A DNA stretch of 56,828 bases from an uncultured virus (IMG/VR IMGVR_UViG_3300042887_000846) (Duplodnaviria > Heunggongvirae > Uroviricota > Caudoviricetes), in IMG/VR virus record IMGVR_UViG_3300042887_000846; one strand, 5' to 3'. Every line of letters starts with the position of its first letter. Position 1 is the first letter of the stretch. The position numbers and the translations under genes were made by a program. A model generated the notes under the pieces. It did not search any database. It worked only from the letters and a program-made list of their open reading frames with translations, and was not told the DNA's origin. Positions 42,348-49,252 of the stretch are shown one piece after another.

Positions 42348-42905
42348 TCTGCCTATAAGCATCATTCTATTATACTTTAGATGCCCATAGTCAAATACTT
42401 TTTCACCTTCGAAAAGTATTTGACCCATGGGAAACTTTGATTTAAAGTCTTGCATATCAGGTATAGGATGAGTGATGTTCCATACAGGATCATCATTCAC
42501 TACATTACTAGACTGTATACAAACTAATTGATATGGATTGACTTTATGATACCAAGTTGCGTCCATATGCTCACAACTAGTATTGATGATCACATTATTG
42601 TATCCTAACTCTTTATGAGATATGGTATCAATATGTTTAGTGACGTTACGTAGTTTGTGCCCTTCACCTATCATCCAAGCATTATTAATTTTGTCTGCTA
42701 TCTGAGTAGCACGGTCATCTACATCTACTCCTTGTATCATATTATACGTCTCTGATTTCCTAGTCAACATCATAAACCCTAGTAAATTATACCAGGATCC
42801 TATGATCATGACTTGTGCAGGATCGGGTAAATGCTGTTCTAATTCTTCACAAAGCCAAAGTTTGCTTTGTAATTGTCCGTGACTGAATGCGTTGAAGTCT
42901 ATCAT
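42342..42905 (-). CDS. Class I SAM-dependent methyltransferase-like protein (start moved to MIDFNAF)
   Basis: IIGSWY glycine loop, acidic VDVD and INTSCEH. TAAATA lies 5 nt before the ATG. Confidence 0.75.
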   Translation of the reverse strand: MIDFNAFSHGQLQSKLWLCEELEQHLPDPAQVMIIGSWYNLLGFMMLTRKSETYNMIQGVDVDDRATQIADKINNAWMIGEGHKLRNVTKHIDTISHKELGYNNVIINTSCEHMDATWYHKVNPYQLVCIQSSNVVNDDPVWNITHPIPDMQDFKSKFPMGQILFEGEKVFDYGHLKYNRMMLIGRL

Positions 42906-42991
42906 GCTTATATTTACTAACGTTGGTTGATGTATAAATAAAACGATGGACTTGTAGAGTCCTTTTTCTATTATATAATCAGGAGAAAAAT

Positions 42992-43174
42992 ATGAAGAAT
43001 GTAATCGTTTTGGGTTTAGTAGCACTTGCTCTTGTAGCATGCGGCAAGAAGGAAGAAGTTAAGGTCGAGCCAGTAGTTGAGGCTGCACCAGCAGTCGTTG
43101 CCCCTGCCCCAGCCGCTGAAGTGGGCAAGCCTGCTGATGAGAAGGTTGAAGCCACTGCACCAGCAGCCAAGTAA
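42992..43174 (+). CDS. Small lipoprotein
   Basis: Signal peptide with lipobox LVAC and an Ala/Pro-rich tail. SD AGGAG, with TATAAATA at 42933-42940. Confidence 0.85.
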   Translation: MKNVIVLGLVALALVACGKKEEVKVEPVVEAAPAVVAPAPAAEVGKPADEKVEATAPAAK

Positions 43175-43231
43175 TTTAAAAAAATCGCCGTTAAATGCGA
43201 TAAAAAATTACAAGGAATAAATAAATTCACT

Positions 43232-43351
43232 ATGAATACTTTACTACTCATATCTAAACATTGGTGTTCCTTACAGATTAGTAAGATGAATGCCTATGCC
43301 TTTGGATACGAGACACCACGCAACCAAAGAGATCATGAGGTGCCCGGGTGA
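43232..43351 (+). CDS. Putative attenuator leader peptide (39 aa, contains all 20 amino acids)
   Basis: MNTLLLISKHWCSLQISKMNAYAFGYETPRNQRDHEVPG*. Its last codons form the 5' arm of a predicted antiterminator. Confidence 0.7.
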   Translation: MNTLLLISKHWCSLQISKMNAYAFGYETPRNQRDHEVPG

Positions 43352-43389
43352 TGTAAGTTGTTGATTTATAACGAATTTATGTCCCGGGC
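43342..43389 (+). promoter_or_regulatory. Predicted antiterminator hairpin
   Basis: GCCCGGG (43342-48) pairs with CCCGGGC (43383-89), extended by ATGTAAGTT/AATTTATGT and GTTG/TAAC with G-U pairs. Confidence 0.7.
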
Positions 43390-43416
43390 CTAAAAAACCC
43401 GGGATTTTTGTTTTTG
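43381..43416 (+). terminator. Intrinsic terminator, mutually exclusive with the antiterminator
   Basis: GTCCCGGG-cctaaaaaa-CCCGGGAT followed by TTTTGTTTTTG. Confidence 0.85.
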
Positions 43417-43420
43417 AGGC

Positions 43421-43449
43421 TTGACATTTGGTTTTAGAGGGTGCATAAT
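43421..43449 (+). promoter_or_regulatory. sigma70-type promoter
   Basis: TTGACA-17 nt-CATAAT. Confidence 0.75.
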
Positions 43450-43505
43450 ACATTCTGTGTTGATAATTTAAGGAGACACAGATTAGTAAAAGTTTTAAAC
43501 AAGGC

Positions 43506-43534
43506 TTGACACGCACATGAATTTGTGCGATGAT
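43506..43534 (+). promoter_or_regulatory. Weaker sigma70-type promoter
   Basis: TTGACA-17 nt-GATGAT. Confidence 0.5.
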
Positions 43535-43553
43535 AGCAGACTAGTGTGAAATT

Positions 43554-43776
43554 GAGGGAACGAGGTCCTCACAGCGCACTTTAAACATGCTGTAAACGGG
43601 CGGACAGTATACATGAAAGGGTTGGCGATAACTTCCCGAGTAAGACTACTGACTAGGGCATGACCCTAGTATAGCAAAGGAAACTTTGCTATTCTATAAG
43701 CACATTCGTTAATGCCATCAGGCTCTGCAACTCGCTTGGGTACTCCGTGTTAATTTTGAATGTGCTTATAGAATAG
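43554..43776 (+). ncRNA. Candidate structured RNA upstream of the first tRNA
   Basis: Several hairpins, including GCGA and GAAA tetraloops, and a perfect 19-bp inverted repeat at 43689-43707/43758-43776. Confidence 0.45.
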
Positions 43777-43789
43777 TAAATAGTTCGTT

Positions 43790-43865
43790 GCCCATCTAGC
43801 TCAGTTGGTAGAGCACCTGATTAGTAATCAGGATGTCGGCGGTTCGATCCCGTCGATGGGCACCA
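43790..43865 (+). tRNA. tRNA-Thr(AGT)
   Basis: Acceptor GCCCATC/GATGGGC, anticodon arm CCTGA-TTAGTAA-TCAGG, GGTTCGA T-loop, CCA. Confidence 0.92.
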
Positions 43866-43878
43866 AAGTAAAGATTAT

Positions 43879-43954
43879 TGGCCTATAGCTCAGTCGGTAG
43901 AGCATTTGACTGTTAATCAAAGTGTCCCTGGTTCGAGCCCAGGTAGGCCAGCCA
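43879..43954 (+). tRNA. tRNA-Asn(GTT)
   Basis: Cloverleaf with anticodon loop CTGTTAA, ending GCCA. Confidence 0.93.
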
Positions 43955-44035
43955 ATATTCTGTAGGTAAGATATGTTGAATAGGACATATCACGGTAGTT
44001 CGCGGTGTGTGGGGCGACTATCTCTTTTTAATTTT

Positions 44036-44111
44036 GCTCGGTTCGTCTAGAGGCCTAGGACGCCGCCCTTTCACGGCAGTAACACGGGTTCGAATCCCGT
44101 ACCGAGTACCA
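44036..44111 (+). tRNA. tRNA-Glu(TTC)
   Basis: Cloverleaf with loop CTTTCAC and CCA. Confidence 0.9.
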
Positions 44112-44115
44112 GTTT

Positions 44116-44192
44116 GGGTCTATCGTATAATGGCATATTATATCTGGCTCTTAACCAGAAAGATGCAGGTTCAAGTCCTGCTAGGCCCACCA
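44116..44192 (+). tRNA. tRNA-Lys(CTT)
   Basis: TCTGG-CTCTTAA-CCAGA, atypical D-arm, CCA. Confidence 0.85.
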
Positions 44193-44201
44193 AACCTCGG
44201 T

Positions 44202-44275
44202 TGAGGGATCATCCAATGGTAGGATAGCGGACTTTGACTCCGTTCATCTTGGTTCGAATCCAAGTCCCTCAGCCA
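44202..44275 (+). tRNA. tRNA-Gln(TTG), copy 1
   Basis: U1-A72 pair, loop CTTTGAC, ending GCCA. Confidence 0.92.
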
Positions 44276-44475
44276 GATTATATCATCCTGTCCTTTGATG
44301 TAGTAGGGAATGATTATACGGTAAAACATCAGTACAGAGTGCGAGGTTGTCTGTTGGTAGCATGAATATACTATGAGGTGAACAGAATAGTCTATGTTGC
44401 GCGGGGGCATAGATGAGATCAAACTCTATTGTTGTTTACGGTGGAGTTAGCCCGCGCCTTAACTAAATATTCTCT

Positions 44476-45075
44476 ATGAACAATTACTTTTTTAAAATAG
44501 CAAAATTTGATATCGATGAAACTCTGTTATACAACGAGTGGTTCCACGTAGCCAACAAATACGATGCGTTTAACAGGACTAAAAAGTTTATAGAAGATAT
44601 CAATGGGGTAAAAGGTTACAAGACCTATCATAGGTTGCGAATCAACTATCCCGATAATATGAGTAGTGATATGGATCCAGTTATGATACAAGGGTATAAC
44701 ACTGAAGTAGAGGCTACTGGATATAGCATCGATAATATCATTGATGATTTTAAAGGTTCGTATACTGAAAAGATTGCTAGACAAGTGCATGATTTCTTGC
44801 TTGAAAAATATCCGGCATATATCGTCACTAATATCAAGTATCATTCGATATCACCCAAATCATCAATGACGTTGCATATTGATGATAGCACTAGACCTAG
44901 ATTTTTTCTTTCTGCTAGCGTACCCGAAGGTTGTTTCATGCAAATAAACAATGAGAAGATTCCTATGCATGAGACCGGCGCATTGTACAGAATGATATGC
45001 AAAGTGCTACATAATCCATTAAATGAAAGTGATGGTTATCGTGTTTCTATGGTTTTTGATATAGCACATAAGTAA
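44476..45075 (+). CDS. 2OG-Fe(II) oxygenase / Asp-Asn hydroxylase-like protein
   Basis: HxD (LHIDD), distal His (LHNPLN) and RVSMVFD. Confidence 0.7.
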   Translation: MNNYFFKIAKFDIDETLLYNEWFHVANKYDAFNRTKKFIEDINGVKGYKTYHRLRINYPDNMSSDMDPVMIQGYNTEVEATGYSIDNIIDDFKGSYTEKIARQVHDFLLEKYPAYIVTNIKYHSISPKSSMTLHIDDSTRPRFFLSASVPEGCFMQINNEKIPMHETGALYRMICKVLHNPLNESDGYRVSMVFDIAHK

Positions 45076-45090
45076 GTGCTAAATAAGTTT

Positions 45091-45250
45091 TGTGAGAGTC
45101 CGAAAGCAAAGAGTTTAACCAACTACCTGGCTATCAAGGATGTATCCGACCTTTTGTTATATTCGATCCCGGTTATTAGGGTGTGCTGTGGTGGCACTGG
45201 AAACAAAAGGGGGCATATCTAGCCCTTAAACGGACGATAGCACCCTCACC
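45091..45250 (+). ncRNA. Candidate rod-like structured RNA
   Basis: Nested helices GTGAG/CTCAC, GTCC/GGAC, GTTTAA/TTAAAC, GGCTA/TAGCC and CCTTTTGTT/AACAAAAGG. Starts just after CTAAATA. Confidence 0.55.
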
Positions 45251-45260
45251 CCGAATTAAC

Positions 45261-45336
45261 GGGCCTGTAGCTCAGTTGGGAGAGCGCCAGCTTTGCAAGC
45301 TGGATGTCGCAAGTTCGATCCTTGTCAGGTCCACCA
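45261..45336 (+). tRNA. tRNA-Ala(TGC)
   Basis: G3:U70 pair, loop TTTGCAA, CCA. Confidence 0.94.
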
Positions 45337-45355
45337 GATTTTAAGTGAGTTTAAA

Positions 45356-45790
45356 TTGTTGCATCTTATAAATGATTTCACAGATAAGTTTTTCAGTTTC
45401 TTGTTAGAAGATCCTGTGAGACCAAATATTCCTCAAGTTGACCGTATAGGCAACAACAAGGATATCTTTGTCATGCGTGATGAAGATGATAAGGCACAAG
45501 CGATAACCTGTGTGAGTTATCAAAAATCTGTTCCTACTAGTGAGGCTGATCTTTTTGAAATGTGTGAAGAACCCGAGATCGCGGTTTTTTATACGATTTG
45601 GAGTTATAAAGCCGGAGCCGGTAGACAATTGATATTTGATGCCGCACAGTATATCAAAGAAAACAGACCTGAGATCAAACGTTTTGTCACATTAAGTCCT
45701 AAGACTGAAATGGCTAAAAGGTTTCATCTTAAGAACGGTGCTTTAGTATTCAGAGAAAATACAGACACCGTTAACTATGAATATCTATAA
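45356..45790 (+). CDS. GNAT-fold protein resembling the malonyl-CoA decarboxylase C-terminal domain (start moved downstream of the tRNA; TTG start uncertain)
   Basis: AVFYTIWS..GAGRQLI...FVTLSP. Confidence 0.65.
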   Translation: MLHLINDFTDKFFSFLLEDPVRPNIPQVDRIGNNKDIFVMRDEDDKAQAITCVSYQKSVPTSEADLFEMCEEPEIAVFYTIWSYKAGAGRQLIFDAAQYIKENRPEIKRFVTLSPKTEMAKRFHLKNGALVFRENTDTVNYEYL

Positions 45791-45794
45791 ATGT

Positions 45795-45869
45795 CGCAGA
45801 GTGGAGAAGGGGTATCTCGTCAGGCTCATAACCTGAAGGTCGGTGGTTCGATTCCATCCTCTGCAACCA
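45795..45869 (+). tRNA. tRNA-Met(CAT), initiator type
   Basis: C1:A72 mismatch, loop CTCATAA, CCA. Confidence 0.88.
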
Positions 45870-45895
45870 ATAACTGTTGTTAAAATACAACAGGC

Positions 45896-45924
45896 TTGAC
45901 AACGGGACATTTCGGCACTATAAT
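45896..45924 (+). promoter_or_regulatory. Consensus sigma70 promoter
   Basis: TTGACA-17 nt-TATAAT. Confidence 0.9.
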
Positions 45925-45979
45925 ACATGTATTGATGCTGAAAAAGCGTCCCGTTCTTTAAAATACACGATTTTTTTAT

Positions 45980-46055
45980 ATACCGGTAGCTCAACTGGCA
46001 GAGTAGCGGTCTCCAAAACCGCAGGTTGGGGGTTCGATTCCCTCCCGGTATGCCA
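45980..46055 (+). tRNA. tRNA-Trp(CCA)
   Basis: GCGGT-CTCCAAA-ACCGC, ending GCCA. Confidence 0.92.
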
Positions 46056-46061
46056 AATTAT

Positions 46062-46139
46062 GTGTCGGTGGCAGAGCGGCCCATTGCAACGGATTGCAAA
46101 TCCGTAAAACCGTCAGTTCAAATCTGACCCGACACTCCA
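46062..46139 (+). tRNA. tRNA-Cys(GCA)
   Basis: Loop TTGCAAA, U73 discriminator, CCA. Confidence 0.9.
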
Positions 46140-46455
46140 AGTTTCATCGGAAAATGGCTGTGACCACCATAACCAGCCCAGTGCTTTTGTACGGCGCAAT
46201 TCTAGACAAGCCAGAGAGAGCAAACGATAGCAGGGAGATTGCTATCCATAACGATGAGCCCTACGTTCCGGGTGTCTCCGGATAGTGTGACCCACACGAT
46301 GAGAAGTAGTGTGACAACTACGGGTGGTAGTCTTTAAACCAAAAGGCCGCTGGCAGTGCGAGAACGGTCCCTGTCGGGAAGCGGGTGGAAGGAGTGTGTG
46401 ATGGGTATGATAGCGTCATATCTTGATACTCTATAATTACCGCCGGGGGACGCAG

Positions 46456-46665
46456 AGCATTTTAAAATATATTAAGGGTTACCTGATCCGTTAGGTACTT
46501 TAAGAGAGGAGCACAGGGGCCGCCCTACGCAATCTTAGAGTACAGGAAGCGTATGAGTACATTGTACCGAACGTGACGGGCAGTTAGGCAGTAATGACGA
46601 AACTGAAAATATGAGAGACGGTCTCATATAGCAAGTCTAGTTCCCTTAGTGTATTTTAAAATGCT
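46456..46665 (+). ncRNA. Candidate structured RNA closed by a 23-bp helix
   Basis: 46456-46478 pairs with 46643-46665 using two G-U pairs, with internal hairpins. Confidence 0.55.
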
Positions 46666-46678
46666 AAATTAAATATGC

Positions 46679-46763
46679 GGAGATGAAGCATCAATGGTGA
46701 TGCAGTGGACTGTAAATCCGCCGCCTTCGGGCACGACTGGTTCGATCCCAGTAATCTCCACCA
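46679..46763 (+). tRNA. tRNA-Tyr(GTA)
   Basis: Loop CTGTAAA, long variable arm with TTCG, CCA. Confidence 0.88.
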
Positions 46764-46770
46764 AATATTA

Positions 46771-46847
46771 GCCTCAATAGCTCAGTTGGTTAGAGCATCG
46801 TCTTGATAAGGCGGGGGTCCATAGTTCGAATCTATGTTGAGGCACCA
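46771..46847 (+). tRNA. tRNA-Ile(GAT)
   Basis: Loop TTGATAA, CCA. Confidence 0.92.
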
Positions 46848-46850
46848 ATT

Positions 46851-46926
46851 GGCAGTGTAGCATAGCGGTTAATGCGCTTCCTTCATACGGAATAGATCGT
46901 GTGTTCGAATCACACCACTGCTACCA
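46851..46926 (+). tRNA. tRNA-Met(CAT), elongator (Ile2 not excluded)
   Basis: Loop TTCATAC, CCA. Confidence 0.85.
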
Positions 46927-46928
46927 AT

Positions 46929-47005
46929 GGTGGCTGTCGTCAAGCGGTTAAGACCATGGATTGTGATTCCATTATACGTGGGTTCGATTCCCACCAGTCA
47001 CCCCA
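46929..47005 (+). tRNA. tRNA-His(GTG)
   Basis: G-1:C73 pair, loop TTGTGAT, CCA. Confidence 0.92.
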
Positions 47006-47009
47006 AATT

Positions 47010-47085
47010 GCCATAGTAGCTCAGTTGGTAGAGCAACGGATTGAAAATCCGTGTGTCGTTGGTTCGATTCCAACCTTTGGCACCA
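47010..47085 (+). tRNA. tRNA-Phe(GAA)
   Basis: Loop TTGAAAA, CCA. Confidence 0.93.
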
Positions 47086-47090
47086 AAAGG

Positions 47091-47119
47091 TTGACAAATA
47101 GATTCTTTGATAGTATAAT
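47091..47119 (+). promoter_or_regulatory. Consensus sigma70 promoter
   Basis: TTGACA-17 nt-TATAAT. Confidence 0.9.
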
Positions 47120-47129
47120 TAAAGCATAA

Positions 47130-47221
47130 GGAGAGGTGCCCGAGAGGCCGAAGGGAGCGGTTTGCTAAACCGTCGAACGTAGAAATATGTTCCGTGGGTT
47201 CGAATCCCACTCTCTCCACCA
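47130..47221 (+). tRNA. tRNA-Ser(GCT)
   Basis: Loop TTGCTAA, long variable arm, CCA. Confidence 0.92.
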
Positions 47222-47439
47222 GACCCCGGTTTACACTTTTACGTTATATAAAGTGGGTGATTGTCGCAACCATACAGACACGGTGAGATCATTATCGACC
47301 GCAAGGCCTGATTTTACGGGCGACTTGAGACACATGATCGGGCAGAAGTGAAACTGACCTAGATGCAAATATCAACGGACAGGGTAACAACTCAGTTTGG
47401 GGCAGAACAGGGAACTGTAGCCAAACACTTTAGAATTTT

Positions 47440-47516
47440 GGCCCGTTAGATCAGTTGGTTAGATCGCATGCCTGTCACGCATGAGGCCAGGGGTTCAAGT
47501 CCCCTACGGGTCGCCA
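47440..47516 (+). tRNA. tRNA-Asp(GTC)
   Basis: Loop CTGTCAC, ending GCCA. Confidence 0.93.
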
Positions 47517-47523
47517 TATTTTT

Positions 47524-47600
47524 GCGTCTTTAGTTCAGTGGATCAGAATGCAACGCTACGAACGTTGAGGTCGGAGGTTCGAGTCCTTCAAGGCGCGCCA
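47524..47600 (+). tRNA. tRNA-Arg(ACG)
   Basis: Loop CTACGAA, ending GCCA. Confidence 0.93.
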
Positions 47601-49074
47601 GCCAATCATCTATTTGATTTGCTATCTTATGAATCGTGTTCCTGCTGTATTTTCTCAATGCAGGTAAATCATTTATAGGAGTTCTATTGATAGGGTGTGT
47701 GCTATCATCATTATCTTCATCAGGCATGTACATTATAGTCAGGTTAGGATTATTGATATGTTTCTGCCAAGCATGATATAGATAATCATAACGCACATCC
47801 TTCTTGAATACATCTGAGTATTTTGGTAACAGTATCAACGCCTTTCGCTGTGTATCTGATAAACGGTTCACGAAATGTGTGATGACGTTATCAAAATATT
47901 CTTTAGTGTGATTCTTTTCAAGAGACCAATACATGCTATAATCGAAAATAAATTCGATGTACGAAGCGAACACAATGATCTTGGGTAATTTCTCAAAATT
48001 ATACTGTGAGTGATATAATTTATCAGTGCGAAACAAATCTTCTAGTGGTATATTGTAATAGATTTGATCCATATATCTGCTATATGCGGCGTATGCAGGT
48101 CCTAAACAATGCATCAAGAACGCGATAGATGGTTCTTTAACTGAAAGATTTTCTTGACCTCTGATGAAGTTTTCTAAAGAGGAATATTCATGTACGTTGA
48201 TATAATCGATATCAGCATGATCTATACAATTGCTACCCAATAACATTTTGTATTTGGATTTCAACAATTGCATACATCGTTGTTCAATATTCATGTTCAT
48301 GACTCTGCAACTAAAAACAAAATTAGTTATAGTGGCTGCGTTTAATAATGAATCACCTTTAGTTTGTATTGAGATATAACCGATCAAACCATAATAACCA
48401 TACTTGTCCCATGCGAATACAGCATAACTTTTTATGTCGTTTCTGAGGATATAATCTGATACTGTGTTTTTAGCAAAGCGACTATTGGTATAGTTAAGTT
48501 GATTGGATTTATTGACTAGTTCTTCTACTCTTTCTTGATATAACAAACAATCATGATTCTCTGCTATCGCTATATTGATATCAGAATCTTTTAAAAATTC
48601 AATATTAGAATCATAAGATTTTCTGATATCTTTCTTTGTTTCTAATATTCTATATTGTTTTGTTTTAGTATTATTTTGGGGTATGGCAAACTCATCTATG
48701 AATTTGTATGGGTCATTGTACGTAACTATGCCTGGACAATAATATGTTGCTTCATTGAGGTTTATCATATTATCATCGATGAATACAACATCATCCGAAC
48801 GTAACTGACAATCAGATATAATTTGATTTATCCTGTTACCTTTCGGTAGTAGATTGATGCTTGGGAAAACAAAGAGTTCCCAAATATCTAGACTCTGTAG
48901 TTTTTTCTTGATACGATCATGATCGTTTTTAGAACAGATAGAATGTATGATACCATTCTTTTCTGTGTTTTTTATAAATTCGATGATGTCTTGATTCGGC
49001 GAAGTATCGCCGCCTTCAGTGATACTACCACTCCATAGTACACCATCAAGATCCCAGATAACAAGTTTAACCAT
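47530..49074 (-). CDS. FkbH-like HAD-IIIC phosphatase/acyltransferase
   Basis: VIWDLDGVLW, CSKND, VFIDD, ELVNKSNQLN, DKYGYYGLIG and FSCRV. Confidence 0.85.
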   Translation of the reverse strand: MVKLVIWDLDGVLWSGSITEGGDTSPNQDIIEFIKNTEKNGIIHSICSKNDHDRIKKKLQSLDIWELFVFPSINLLPKGNRINQIISDCQLRSDDVVFIDDNMINLNEATYYCPGIVTYNDPYKFIDEFAIPQNNTKTKQYRILETKKDIRKSYDSNIEFLKDSDINIAIAENHDCLLYQERVEELVNKSNQLNYTNSRFAKNTVSDYILRNDIKSYAVFAWDKYGYYGLIGYISIQTKGDSLLNAATITNFVFSCRVMNMNIEQRCMQLLKSKYKMLLGSNCIDHADIDYINVHEYSSLENFIRGQENLSVKEPSIAFLMHCLGPAYAAYSRYMDQIYYNIPLEDLFRTDKLYHSQYNFEKLPKIIVFASYIEFIFDYSMYWSLEKNHTKEYFDNVITHFVNRLSDTQRKALILLPKYSDVFKKDVRYDYLYHAWQKHINNPNLTIMYMPDEDNDDSTHPINRTPINDLPALRKYSRNTIHKIANQIDDWLARLEGLEPPTSTFVALHSDPLN

Positions 49075-49090
49075 ACAGATATTTAGTTAA

Positions 49091-49167
49091 GCCCAGGTGA
49101 TGGAACAGGTATACGTGTCTGACTCAAAATCAGAATTTTGTGGGTTCGAATCCCACCTTGGGCACCA
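49091..49167 (+). tRNA. tRNA-Leu(CAA), short variable loop
   Basis: TCTGA-CTCAAAA-TCAGA, A73, CCA. Confidence 0.88.
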
Positions 49168-49171
49168 ATAT

Positions 49172-49246
49172 TGGGGATTCGCCAAGCGGTAAGGCATCGG
49201 ATTTTGATTCCGACATTCCCAGGTTCGATCCCTGGATCCCCAGCCA
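49172..49246 (+). tRNA. tRNA-Gln(TTG), copy 2
   Basis: U1-A72 pair, loop TTTTGAT, ending GCCA. Confidence 0.92.
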
Positions 49247-49252
49247 AATAGT

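Noticed and set aside
43271..43516. 81-aa minus-strand ORF over the attenuator region
   Set aside because: It has no SD or recognisable motif and overlaps a terminator and two promoters that all point in the plus direction.
46140..46665. tmRNA, RNase P RNA or hammerhead assignment for the non-coding blocks
   Set aside because: I could not locate tRNA-like ends with a tag frame, RNase P P4 motifs, or a complete CUGANGA/GAAA core by eye, so the blocks are left unassigned.
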